Assembly: GCA_900299195.1 (NCBI GenBank)
Contig: OMIX01000089.1
Coordinates: 2,892 to 66,891 of the forward strand
Direction: 5' to 3'
From: Deltaproteobacteria bacterium
GTDB lineage: Bacteria > Bdellovibrionota > FAC87 > UBA2466
Length of the DNA: 64,000 nucleotides
Shown here in pieces: positions 1-9,241 of the stretch. A program made the position numbers and the translations under genes. The notes under the pieces are model-generated. The model did not search any database. It was not told the DNA's origin and was given only the letters and a program-made list of their open reading frames with translations. The stretch's first letter is position 1, and each line of letters opens with the position of its first letter.

Positions 1-309
1 GAAGGACAATATTTCAAAGCTGATCACTTAGGCTATGCCGATGCTAAAAATTTAGACGGAAAATTTTATCCTCACTGCGATAAAATTTTGCTGTACGATC
101 TAAAAGAACCCGCCACAGTCAATTTTTTCAATGAATTCCTAGGAACCCTCGCCGACCCTGAAATTTCTGATCGCGAAGACATTCAAGACGTGAAAGTGCT
201 TGCTCATGTTTACGTTGGAGTTCCCGTATTAGGGGCTGTTAAAGTCGATGTTTCTGGAATTTATCAAGGAATGGCAGTTAAAGCCGGCGGCGATTACATG
301 GCCCGCTGA
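1..309 (+). CDS. C-terminal fragment of a hypothetical protein (5' end outside window)
   Basis: Frame +1 is open from base 1 to TGA at 307-309; the track ORF 88-309 is only the part after an internal Met. Followed by a stem-loop terminator. No recognisable motif. Confidence 0.45.
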   Translation, partial: EGQYFKADHLGYADAKNLDGKFYPHCDKILLYDLKEPATVNFFNEFLGTLADPEISDREDIQDVKVLAHVYVGVPVLGAVKVDVSGIYQGMAVKAGGDYMAR

Positions 310-318
310 TATTTGAGC

Positions 319-357
319 GGTGTTGTTTGAGAACTTCTCAAGCAACACCATTTTTTT
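319..357 (+). terminator. Rho-independent terminator between convergent genes
   Basis: GGTGTTGTTTGAGA / TCTCAAGCAACACC stem (one G-T wobble) with a short loop, followed by a T7 run at 351-357. Sits between the stop at 307-309 and the recQ stop at 356-358. Confidence 0.6.
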
Positions 358-1885
358 ATCCGATAGCTTCTGCTTGAATCCACTGCTTAGAAGCAGGTAA
401 AGGCTCTAAAAACTTGCCTCGACAATTGTCACACTTGCGACAGATTTCCCCATGTTTTTCCCCGAAGTAATCTCTAAAAAAAGTTGCCCGACACTCGGTA
501 GTCTGACCATATTTCATAATCTGTTGAATCCTATCTCTATCCTGACCCAAACGTTCCTCATAATGAGTCAAAAACCGATCCAGATCGTTTCCTTCTAAAA
601 AAATCTTCTTAAGTGAAATTCCCTTTCGGCTTTGAATAATCTTTTCTTTCTCCAAATAAGCTATCAAAACTTGAGCTTTTCTTTTCACAATTCCAGAAAT
701 GGAAACCACTTCTTCCAAAGAAGTTTTTTTAGCACCCACCTCGGTGCATTTAATCAGCGCTGAATAAAGTTGAGAGGCATCAGAACGAGTGGGATATTTT
801 CCACCGAGAAAAAACGAATGAACCCTTTTGTCTTCTAAACGATAAAGCAAAGCGACAATCGCCTTTTTCCCATCGCGACCGGCTCTTCCTGCCTCTTGGT
901 AGTAGCTTTCTACCGAATCTGGAAAAGTATAATGAATCACAAATCTCACATCGGGTTTATCAATGCCCAGTCCAAAAGCCTTAGTCGCTACGATCACTCG
1001 ATATCGGTTAGCCATAAAATCTTCTTGAACAGCATCGCGATCCTTCATTTTCATTTTGCCATGATATTTCCCAGCTATAATTCCTGCTTTAAGAAGTTGA
1101 GCGTGAAGTTCATTGGCTAATCTAACCGTGCTCACATAAACAATTCCAGTTCCTTCAATATCGTGAATTAAAGTAGTCAACCGTTGGAATTTCATTTCTG
1201 CATTCACCGTTCGGTAAACTTCAAAAACTAAATTTTTTCGATCCACTCCCGTATGACAAACTTTTACCTCTTTGAGATTTAATTGTTCTAAAATATCACG
1301 CTCTACTTCCGGAGTAGCCGTTGCAGTCAACGCCAGCACGGGTGGATTACCAAAAGCTTCAATGGCCTTACGAATCGAAAGATAGGCGGGACGAAAATCA
1401 TGTCCCCATTGGGAAACACAATGAGCTTCATCTACCACTAGAAGGGACACTCCGCCCTTTTTAAGAATTTCTAAATACTCTGGGTTCTCTAATCTTTCAG
1501 GAGTGACATAAACAAGCGCATTTTGCCCATTTTTGACATCCCTCACGGCCTGTTTTTCCTCCCGACTTGAAAGAGTGGAATCCAAGTGGGTCGCATCAAC
1601 CCCCACCTCTTCCAACTTGTGGGTTTGGTCATGCATTAATGAAATTAGAGGAGTCACTACAATAGTAGCTTTAGGTAAAAACAGTGCAGGCAATTGATAA
1701 CAAAGGGATTTTCCGGCTCCAGTAGGCATAACACCCAACGCATTTTTCCCGTTCATGACCGCTTCGATCAATTCTTTTTGGCCGGGACGGAGCTCTTCAA
1801 TACCAAAATACTCAAAAGCCTTTTGCCGTAATTTGGCCCAGTTCCACTTAGAAGACACACTTCGATGTTTCTGCCCACGCACCAC
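356..1885 (-). CDS. recQ: ATP-dependent DNA helicase, RecQ family (short form, no HRDC region evident)
   Basis: Motif I GVMPTGAGKSLCYQLPA, DEAH box VVDEAHCVSQWGHDFRPAY, helicase C-domain motifs (ATKAFGLGIDKPDVRFVIHY, QEAGRAGRDG), RecQ Zn-binding cluster CRATFF..CRKCDNC. Confidence 0.9.
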   Translation of the reverse strand: MVRGQKHRSVSSKWNWAKLRQKAFEYFGIEELRPGQKELIEAVMNGKNALGVMPTGAGKSLCYQLPALFLPKATIVVTPLISLMHDQTHKLEEVGVDATHLDSTLSSREEKQAVRDVKNGQNALVYVTPERLENPEYLEILKKGGVSLLVVDEAHCVSQWGHDFRPAYLSIRKAIEAFGNPPVLALTATATPEVERDILEQLNLKEVKVCHTGVDRKNLVFEVYRTVNAEMKFQRLTTLIHDIEGTGIVYVSTVRLANELHAQLLKAGIIAGKYHGKMKMKDRDAVQEDFMANRYRVIVATKAFGLGIDKPDVRFVIHYTFPDSVESYYQEAGRAGRDGKKAIVALLYRLEDKRVHSFFLGGKYPTRSDASQLYSALIKCTEVGAKKTSLEEVVSISGIVKRKAQVLIAYLEKEKIIQSRKGISLKKIFLEGNDLDRFLTHYEERLGQDRDRIQQIMKYGQTTECRATFFRDYFGEKHGEICRKCDNCRGKFLEPLPASKQWIQAEAIG

Positions 1886-1919
1886 GGCCGGGGAGTGTGC
1901 AACTCATGTGCCCGACAAT

Positions 1920-2384
1920 CTAGCGAGAGTGGAGAGGGACTGTTAAGTTTGAACGGGCTACAAAAATTTGTTCCATTCGATCAAGGTCGGCCTCAAGATG
2001 GTCGGCCAAATGTTCCCAATCAGAATCGCCTGCTAATCTCAAATCCCTTAACTCTTTCCGCACCAATTGATGATCAGCTCTAAGCTCCCGAAAAACTTTT
2101 CTTAAATAACTTCTCCGCGTGGATAATAATCGAGAAGCATGGATCTCCGCTTTCAACACCTCAAACTTGGTTCTCCAACTTTCAATCTCCTCCGCCAGTT
2201 TTTTTTCCCGCTCTATCCGAGTTGAGTCAATGGGAGTTTCCTGTACCGGCTCATCCACTGATCGTTCACTCTCAAGATGAGAAACTTTACCCGTCACTAC
2301 GGCTAAACTAAGCAAAAATAGCCCCCCCATCACAAAAAACCACTTTACCCTTTTACGGAGTTCCGGCTTAAGCTCCATGGGCAC
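1920..2384 (-). CDS. Membrane-anchored coiled-coil protein, unknown function
   Basis: One N-terminal TM (WFFVMGGLFLLSLAVV) then charged heptad-like sequence. Overlaps the upstream gene by 17 nt, 34 nt from the recQ start. Confidence 0.5.
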   Translation of the reverse strand: MPMELKPELRKRVKWFFVMGGLFLLSLAVVTGKVSHLESERSVDEPVQETPIDSTRIEREKKLAEEIESWRTKFEVLKAEIHASRLLSTRRSYLRKVFRELRADHQLVRKELRDLRLAGDSDWEHLADHLEADLDRMEQIFVARSNLTVPLHSR

Positions 2385-3003
2385 TCTCAGAAGGTGTTAT
2401 GTAACCAAATGCTCCAATTTTTGGGGGCATCATTCTGAGTTTGAATTTACTTCGACCACTTAACCACTGAATGAGTCTCTCTTTCACTTGAATTTCAGAA
2501 AGCCAATGAAAATCTTTTTCCCATCTCTTGACTATTTTTTCTTGTGACTTTTTGCTGAACTGATTCTTAAGAGTCCCCATCAATTTAGGTTCAGCCACAA
2601 AAACTAAATCAAGATTACCTTCTCTCTTTCTCCCTTTTTCCACCCAATCCACAACTTTCTTGCAGGAAACAACAGCTAAATGCCTCTGCGGTTTTTCTTT
2701 ATTGCTATAACTGTGTCGAGGCGTTGCAGTTTGATGTCCCCCTCGGGCAAATGTTTTTGAATCAAACACTCTACCGGGCCGATCCGAAATTAGATCAGAC
2801 CCTTTCGCCTTACCCATGGGAAATTTCCAAGTTTTAATCGAGTTGAGTGTTTGCCCTTGGGCACTCCACTCGTAAACTTTCCCTTGAGTTCTATCCATAA
2901 TGACCACCCAAGTTTTGTTCTCTTGTTTTCTATTCATTCCAAAAGTGCTGCGCAATTCAACGCCCTGATGAGTTTTCTTCCTCGACATATTCACCTCGCT
3001 CAA
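2368..3003 (-). CDS. Host_attach family protein (eRF1-like fold, 'protein required for attachment to host cells' family)
   Basis: Blocks matching my recollection of the family: TWVVIMDRTQGKVYE, SDRPGRVFDS, LDLVFVAEPKLMGTLK, KDFHWLSEIQVKERL. Confidence 0.6.
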   Translation of the reverse strand: MSEVNMSRKKTHQGVELRSTFGMNRKQENKTWVVIMDRTQGKVYEWSAQGQTLNSIKTWKFPMGKAKGSDLISDRPGRVFDSKTFARGGHQTATPRHSYSNKEKPQRHLAVVSCKKVVDWVEKGRKREGNLDLVFVAEPKLMGTLKNQFSKKSQEKIVKRWEKDFHWLSEIQVKERLIQWLSGRSKFKLRMMPPKIGAFGYITPSESAHGA

Positions 3004-3094
3004 TAGCTTATCCTTCTTTAAGGAATTGACTGCACTTCTGATGCCGACGTTGGCACCACCTATGCACTACTTAGGATCAAACTGGGAGGAGTCC

Positions 3095-3307
3095 ATGAAA
3101 ATGAAAACAAGTTATTTTTTAAAAATGACCTCGATGATTTTGGGACTAGGTCTGATGTTTTGGGGTATTTACGGCAAAGTCTGGTGGGGAGCCCTGGGAG
3201 TGCCTTTGTTTATTTATGGTATTTCACCCAGAAGATCGGAAGACGAATACACCGTGACTCTACGAGAAGAGGAATCCCGAGAGAAATCTCCCAAAAAAGT
3301 GGCTTAA
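3095..3307 (+). CDS. Small two-TM membrane protein, unknown function
   Basis: ATG at 3095 is preceded by GGGAGGAG 5 nt upstream; the track start at 3026 lacks an RBS. Two hydrophobic helices, charged tail. Confidence 0.45.
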   Translation: MKMKTSYFLKMTSMILGLGLMFWGIYGKVWWGALGVPLFIYGISPRRSEDEYTVTLREEESREKSPKKVA

Positions 3308-5256
3308 TTGCCCAGTAGCTTATTTTTAGCTACTTCAAGCTCGCTAGATAGACGTTCCCATTCCACCATAGCTTGATGAAGTTTGCTCTCAAGTTGCGAA
3401 ATTTGCGACATTAAGGCTTGTTGTTCCTGTGCGGGCCGGCTGGTGAAGCTGCTGTTGGAGGCTATCGCTTGAAGCTCAGATTTTTGAGTTCCTAGTTTCT
3501 CCATTTCAGATTCAAGGGTGCTAACTTTTTTATCCAGCGAATTCACCTGGTTTTTAAGTTTTTTTCGCTCTTCGAAAGAAAGCTTGGGATTAACTGAAGG
3601 GCTCGCTTTGGGAGCTTCCATCACAGGAGCCTGGGAGGGTTTAGCTTTGCCCTCAAAGTGACGAACCAATTCAGGATATTTTTCAAAGAAGGAATTAAGG
3701 TCTCCAATATGATCGGTTAGCACATGATTGCTCGAAAGATAGAGAATTCTCTCGGCAACATCAGACAAAAAGTCTCTGTCATGGGACACAATTAACGTGG
3801 TTCCCTCAAAATCTTTGATCGCCTGTTTGAGCAGCGCTTTGGTTTCAATATCCAAATGGTTAGTGGGCTCATCGAGAAGAATCAAGTTCACCCGAGTGAC
3901 CAAAATCCTAAGCAGAGCTAACCTTGCTTTTTCACCTCCGCTCAATACTTTGGCTTTTTTCTCAATTTCATCATTGCCACTAAACCCAAAGGCTCCCAGC
4001 CATCCGCGAAGCTCCTCTAAGCTCACTCCATGGGCTTTAGCCCTTAAATTGTCCACGACAGTTTGGTCTAAGCTCAATTCAGCGAGCTGATGTTGACCGA
4101 AGTAACCGGTCTCTACCGCATGACCTTTTAAAAGATCCCCTTCTGTCAGTTTTAATCTCTCCCCTAAAACATTCAGCAACGTGGTCTTACCTGCTCCGTT
4201 ATCGCCGATAATAGCCACTCTTTGACCTCGTTTGATGTCTAAAGAAATATTTTTTAGTATCCAGGGTTGTTCTTCTTTGTATTTGAATGACGTATTTTTT
4301 AAGGATAAGGGAAATTTGGCTCCCGTTCCGGAAAGTCGAAATTTAAAATTCAAATTGTAGTTAAAGCCTTCAATACGCTGCAGCCGATCTTTAAGTTCCT
4401 TCTTTTCTACCTCGAGTGTCTCCGCCATTTTCAGTCGATGCTGCGCGCGAGCTGCTGTTTGAGCTTTAGCACGAAACTTGTAAACAAATTCCATGCACTC
4501 ATCGATTTTTTTCTGAATGCCTTCAATGTTTTTTTCTAAGTGACGTTTTTCATCTCCGAGAGAATCTCGAAAAGTTAAATAATCTCGCTGATGGGTTCTA
4601 AAATAGAATTTTCCACCGTGTAGTATGGCCAAAGAATCGGTTACTCTTTTTTGTAAAGCAACGTCGTGAGTGACTAAAATTAAACTGCCTTCGTACTCTT
4701 TTTCTAAAAACTCCTCAAGCCATTGAATCGAAGAAATGTCTAAATGGTTGGTGGGTTCGTCCAACAGCAATACTTCGGGTTTGTCTAACAAAGCCTTGGC
4801 AATAAAAATTCGTAAGAGCCAGCCCCCACTCAACTGACTCATGGGACCTTCCATCCATTCCTTGCTGAACCCTAAACCACTTAAAATTTTTCTAATCTCC
4901 CACTCTTGTTCGGCGGGATCGACAAATTCATCCTCATCCACTGTCATGTGACTCTGGATATATTTTAAAGGAGATTGGCTTTTCTCTTTGTGATGCTGAA
5001 TTTCGGTTACGGCATTCTCTAAGAGAGTTTGATCTAAAAAGCCTATACGTAGTTTCTTTCCGCCCACTACATTTCTTTTGCCTTCAGTGGACTCCGCTTT
5101 ACCTGCTAAGATTCTTAATAGGGTGGATTTACCCGAGCCATTTCTTCCGGCTAAAGCGACTCGCATTCCCTCATAAAGCGTCCAATTCACATCTTGAAAA
5201 AGTAATCGATTGGGTAATCGTACTCCGACATTTTCTAAAACTAGCTGAGCATTCAT
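3304..5256 (-). CDS. ABC-F family ATPase (Uup/YheS-like, no TM domain)
   Basis: Two ABC cassettes: GRNGSGKST .. LSGGW .. LLLDEPTNHLD and GDNGAGKTT .. LSGGEKARL .. ILLDEPTNHLD. Inter-domain linker and C-terminal coiled coil. Confidence 0.9.
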   Translation of the reverse strand: MNAQLVLENVGVRLPNRLLFQDVNWTLYEGMRVALAGRNGSGKSTLLRILAGKAESTEGKRNVVGGKKLRIGFLDQTLLENAVTEIQHHKEKSQSPLKYIQSHMTVDEDEFVDPAEQEWEIRKILSGLGFSKEWMEGPMSQLSGGWLLRIFIAKALLDKPEVLLLDEPTNHLDISSIQWLEEFLEKEYEGSLILVTHDVALQKRVTDSLAILHGGKFYFRTHQRDYLTFRDSLGDEKRHLEKNIEGIQKKIDECMEFVYKFRAKAQTAARAQHRLKMAETLEVEKKELKDRLQRIEGFNYNLNFKFRLSGTGAKFPLSLKNTSFKYKEEQPWILKNISLDIKRGQRVAIIGDNGAGKTTLLNVLGERLKLTEGDLLKGHAVETGYFGQHQLAELSLDQTVVDNLRAKAHGVSLEELRGWLGAFGFSGNDEIEKKAKVLSGGEKARLALLRILVTRVNLILLDEPTNHLDIETKALLKQAIKDFEGTTLIVSHDRDFLSDVAERILYLSSNHVLTDHIGDLNSFFEKYPELVRHFEGKAKPSQAPVMEAPKASPSVNPKLSFEERKKLKNQVNSLDKKVSTLESEMEKLGTQKSELQAIASNSSFTSRPAQEQQALMSQISQLESKLHQAMVEWERLSSELEVAKNKLLGN

Positions 5257-5258
5257 GG

Positions 5259-5744
5259 TTAAATCAGATTCTTGGTTTTTAGTTCTTCTAAAGCCTTAAA
5301 AATATCTTCAGAAGTTCTACGAGTGATAGCCAGAGGCTCCACATAACGATAAAGTAACTTTTGATCTCTTCCTACGATACAAATGGCTCGGCTCGCTTTT
5401 CCCAACAAAAATGCTGAAGTGCAACGGTAGGCCTTAGCTACTTCATTTTTTACATCTGTGACTAGAGGAAAAGAAAAACCAAATTTCTGAGAAAACTTTT
5501 GATGCTTTTCAGAGCTATCTTTGCTGAGTCCCAGAAGTTGAACATCCCATTTTTCAAAACCACTAAAATTATCCTGATAATCACACAGTTGTTGGGTGCA
5601 AACCGGAGTAAAATCGCCTGGATAAAATATCAAAACGACCGGTCGCTGTTTGCAGGCCTCGGCCAAGTGAAATTGCGTTCCATCGGCTTTCACCAGTTTA
5701 AAATCAGGGGCCATGCTTCCAATGACGGGTTGAGTCTCTTTCAT
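5259..5744 (-). CDS. bcp: Peroxiredoxin, Bcp-type (AhpC/TSA family)
   Basis: FYPGDFTPVCTQQL peroxidatic-Cys motif; size 161 aa; 2 nt from the ABC-F start. Confidence 0.85.
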   Translation of the reverse strand: MKETQPVIGSMAPDFKLVKADGTQFHLAEACKQRPVVLIFYPGDFTPVCTQQLCDYQDNFSGFEKWDVQLLGLSKDSSEKHQKFSQKFGFSFPLVTDVKNEVAKAYRCTSAFLLGKASRAICIVGRDQKLLYRYVEPLAITRRTSEDIFKALEELKTKNLI

Positions 5745-5875
5745 AAGGTTTGAGAATAAATCAAAAATTACTCCTAAAGGAAAGGGCTAAATTGTGATCT
5801 AAACCGATAAAATCATTTGGGGAATCGCAACGTGCAACCTATCGTAATCTGTGAGAAACTAAGGTTATCGTCATC

Positions 5876-6811
5876 ATGAACCCTTTCTCCTACAGTCACC
5901 GGCTAAAACTGGGGTTGTCCCTGCTACTACTGATTTTATGGCCTCTCTCCGCTCTGGCTGAGCCTTACGAGCCCCCAGAAGATCGAGAACTTGAACTTAG
6001 ACCTTATTTCGAACCCCCCAATAAAGACCTCACCCCTAGAAACTTTCTTTTGCCCCCTCTCATGTCTTTTCTTATTCCCGGATCTGACCAGTGGGTAGAA
6101 GGTCAAATGAAGCCAGCCGCACTTTATACTGGCGGTGGGGCTTTAGGAGCTTTACTTCTCACACAGGCAAAGAAAACAACTCTGGATAATCGTTATAGAG
6201 ACTTTGCTTGGAGTATCTATTTTACCGCTGGAGGGTTAAGTCTTTATCACAGCTTCCACACGGCTTTAACGACGAGAATGCCAGGGGGCGAGTTTACTTT
6301 TATGGGCTCGGTCCCAGAAAAACCGACTGAGCTATTAGAAGCTCCTATTAACTTTAGCTACTTGGGCCGTTGGACCACGTTACTCCCTCTCAGTCTAGCA
6401 GCTGGCGTCTTTTTTTTCGTAACTCCTAATACCACTGCTGAAAGCACCCCAGCTAATCTCGACGATGCCTTTTATGCAGGCTCGGTAGGTTACATGACCG
6501 GGATAGGCGAAGAGGCTGTTTTTCGAGGTTTTGTCCTTCCAGTGCTTTATCACTACACTTCGGATCAACGGCTTACCCTAGGTCTTTCCAGCATTCTTTT
6601 TGCTTTGGGCCATGGATTGAAAGTGAGCCACTTTGTGACCGCTTTTTTCTTTGGGTTGTACTCGGGCTGGTTAACTCAGGAAAACAACTGGTCCATCGGT
6701 GAGGTCACCTTCATCCACACTTGGTGGGATATCATGGCATTTATGGCCGATTACACTAACCACCGCAAACACGCCTTTTTGAAGTTACCTACCATAGCAA
6801 TCAGCTTCTAA
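5876..6811 (+). CDS. CPBP family intramembrane glutamic endopeptidase (CAAX-protease-like)
   Basis: GEEAVFRGF and FALGHG motifs in a polytopic membrane protein with an N-terminal signal/TM. Confidence 0.7.
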   Translation: MNPFSYSHRLKLGLSLLLLILWPLSALAEPYEPPEDRELELRPYFEPPNKDLTPRNFLLPPLMSFLIPGSDQWVEGQMKPAALYTGGGALGALLLTQAKKTTLDNRYRDFAWSIYFTAGGLSLYHSFHTALTTRMPGGEFTFMGSVPEKPTELLEAPINFSYLGRWTTLLPLSLAAGVFFFVTPNTTAESTPANLDDAFYAGSVGYMTGIGEEAVFRGFVLPVLYHYTSDQRLTLGLSSILFALGHGLKVSHFVTAFFFGLYSGWLTQENNWSIGEVTFIHTWWDIMAFMADYTNHRKHAFLKLPTIAISF

Positions 6812-6922
6812 AACGCTATGCGTTACCCCGAAGATTCCCATCCATTCAACCGATTCCATCTTTCCAAGCTGAGAAAACCTCAGTAGAGTGCGCTCAAACC
6901 TTAACTTTTCGGAGGGCAACCC

Positions 6923-7648
6923 ATGTCAGCCAAAACCCCTTATTCGGGACGAATAAAAATTTTCTCTGATGGTGCAGATAAACAAGCCATGTTGGAAATG
7001 AATCAAAACCCTTTGGTTCAAGGGCTTACCACTAATCCAACTCTGATGAAAAAATCTGGCGTGACCGATTATGTTCGCTTTTGCAAAGAGATTTTGAATG
7101 AAATCAAAGTAAAGCCCATCTCTTTTGAAGTGTTTGCAGATGACTTTAAAGAAATGAAAAGACAGGCACTCGAAATCGCAAGTTGGGGTGAAAATGTTTA
7201 TGTCAAAATTCCTATCACCAATTCTGAAGGAGAATCTTCTTTAGGTCTTATCAATGATTTGAGCCAGTCGGGAGTTAAACTTAACGTGACGGCCGTTTTA
7301 ACTTTGGAGCAGTCTTGGGGAGCTTGCCAAGCCCTTAAGGGTGGCGCCCCTTCCATTCTATCTGTGTTTGCAGGTCGAATCGCAGATACTGGCCGTGATC
7401 CTCTCCCTCTCATGCAAGCTTCTTTAGAAATGTGTTTATCGACCGATAAAAACATCGAGCTTTTGTGGGCTAGCTCACGAGAAGTCTTAAATATTGTTCA
7501 AGCCGATCAGATGGGTTGCCACATTATAACCGCCACTAATGATCTGATTAAAAAAATGGCCCAGTTTAACAAGGATCTTTCTCAGCTCAGTTTAGAAACA
7601 GTTCGAATGTTTAAATCAGATGCAGAAAGTGCAGGATTTTCTCTATGA
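6923..7648 (+). CDS. Transaldolase / fructose-6-phosphate aldolase family (short TalC/FSA-type)
   Basis: GLTTNPTLM, active-site Lys context VYVKIPIT, NVTAVLT, SVFAGRIADTG; GGAGGG RBS upstream. Confidence 0.8.
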   Translation: MSAKTPYSGRIKIFSDGADKQAMLEMNQNPLVQGLTTNPTLMKKSGVTDYVRFCKEILNEIKVKPISFEVFADDFKEMKRQALEIASWGENVYVKIPITNSEGESSLGLINDLSQSGVKLNVTAVLTLEQSWGACQALKGGAPSILSVFAGRIADTGRDPLPLMQASLEMCLSTDKNIELLWASSREVLNIVQADQMGCHIITATNDLIKKMAQFNKDLSQLSLETVRMFKSDAESAGFSL

Positions 7649-8244
7649 CCTCATTTTCTGAAAGTTACATTCAAGAAAGTATTTCTATTTTAAAAGATCT
7701 TAACTCGCGTGAGATCGAAAATATGGCCCAGGGTTTAGGAAGAGTGAGAGATCAAGGTGGACGTCTTTTTATTCTTGGAGTCGGCGGTTCTGCCGGTCAC
7801 GCAAGTCATGCAGTCAACGACTTTAGGAAAATATGCGGTTTTGAATCCTATTCCCCTACCGACAATGTTTCAGAACTCACAGCAAGAGTGAATGACGAAG
7901 GTTGGGACACCTCGTTTTCGGAGTGGCTTAAGGTATCAAGACTCTCTTCTAAAGATGCTGTGTTGGTTTTTTCAGTTGGCGGTGGAAACCGAGAAAAAAA
8001 TGTATCTGTCAACTTAGTGAAGGCTCTAGAGCTTTCTCAACAAGTAGGTGCTAGTATTTTTGGGATTGTAGGAAAGGATGGCGGATTTACTAAAACCGTA
8101 TCTGAAAGTTGTGTCATTATTCCCTCTGTTTCCTCAGAAAGAATCACGCCTCACACAGAAGGATTTTGCGCTTTAGTATGGCACCTCTTAGTAAGCCATC
8201 CCGCACTGAAGAAGACGGCAACCAAATGGGAATCGGTCAAGTAG
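7645..8244 (+). CDS. SIS-domain sugar-phosphate isomerase, GmhA-like (sedoheptulose-7-P isomerase candidate)
   Basis: LFILGVGGSAGHASHAVNDF SIS nucleotide/sugar-P loop, ~200 aa, ATGA start/stop overlap with the transaldolase gene. Confidence 0.65.
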   Translation: MTSFSESYIQESISILKDLNSREIENMAQGLGRVRDQGGRLFILGVGGSAGHASHAVNDFRKICGFESYSPTDNVSELTARVNDEGWDTSFSEWLKVSRLSSKDAVLVFSVGGGNREKNVSVNLVKALELSQQVGASIFGIVGKDGGFTKTVSESCVIIPSVSSERITPHTEGFCALVWHLLVSHPALKKTATKWESVK

Positions 8245-8251
8245 TCGTTCC

Positions 8252-9241
8252 ATGGGGTATCGAGTAGGCATTATCGGAGCTGGCCTTATCGGAAACAAAA
8301 GGGCTAAAGCTCTTCGTTCTGAAGATAGGTTAGTAGCTGTTGCGGATCTCTCTCTTGAAAGAGCCCAATCCCTAGCTGAAACCCACCAAGCCCAGGTGGA
8401 ATCCTCATGGGAAAATCTCATTGAAAGAGCTGACATTGATGTTGTCATCGTGGCCACCTCAAATAATGCTATCCCCCTTTGTGCCGCCAGGGCTCTAAAA
8501 AACAAAAAAGCTATTTTGATTGAAAAACCCGGGGGAAGAAATCCTCAGGAGTTAAAAGGACTACTTGAGCTAGAAAAAGAAACTCAACAAGTGGCTAGAG
8601 TAGGCTTCAATCATCGGTTTCACCCGGCCCTACTCAAAGCCAAAAACATGATCGAAGAAGGTGCCATCGGAGAGATCATGTACTTAAGAGCTCGTTACGG
8701 ACATGGAGGGAGAATCGGCTACGACCAGGAATGGCGAGCTAATCCAGAAATCTCAGGTGGGGGAGAACTTTTAGATCAAGGGGTTCACTTGATCGATCTT
8801 TGTCGATGGCTGGGGGGTGAATTTCATTTGGAGTACGGTCGAGTTCACACTTTTTTTTGGAACATGCCCGTTGAAGACAATGGATTTCTTCTTTTAAAAT
8901 CTCCAGATCAAAAAAGGTTTGCGCATCTTCATGCAAGCTGTACCGAATGGAAAAACATTTTCGATTTTGAGGTTTTTGGTAAGAAAGGGAAACTCCAAGT
9001 GTGGGGGTTAGGTCGAAGTTATGGAACTGAGGAACTTCGTTTTTACAAAGTAAAACCTGAAATGGGAGTTCCTGACTTCTTCGTAGACTCGTTTCCTGAA
9101 GAAGATCATTCTTGGGAACTAGAATGGAAAGCTTTTATTGATTCTCTAGAAGGGAAACCCTCTTCAATCAGCACCCTTCAAGATGCTTATCAAGCCTTAG
9201 ACATCGTCTATAAAGCCTATCAACAATCAGGGAATCGCTAG
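8252..9241 (+). CDS. Gfo/Idh/MocA family NAD(P)-dependent oxidoreductase
   Basis: N-terminal Rossmann VGIIGAGLIGNKRA, LIEKPG motif, C-terminal alpha/beta domain. Confidence 0.8.
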   Translation: MGYRVGIIGAGLIGNKRAKALRSEDRLVAVADLSLERAQSLAETHQAQVESSWENLIERADIDVVIVATSNNAIPLCAARALKNKKAILIEKPGGRNPQELKGLLELEKETQQVARVGFNHRFHPALLKAKNMIEEGAIGEIMYLRARYGHGGRIGYDQEWRANPEISGGGELLDQGVHLIDLCRWLGGEFHLEYGRVHTFFWNMPVEDNGFLLLKSPDQKRFAHLHASCTEWKNIFDFEVFGKKGKLQVWGLGRSYGTEELRFYKVKPEMGVPDFFVDSFPEEDHSWELEWKAFIDSLEGKPSSISTLQDAYQALDIVYKAYQQSGNR

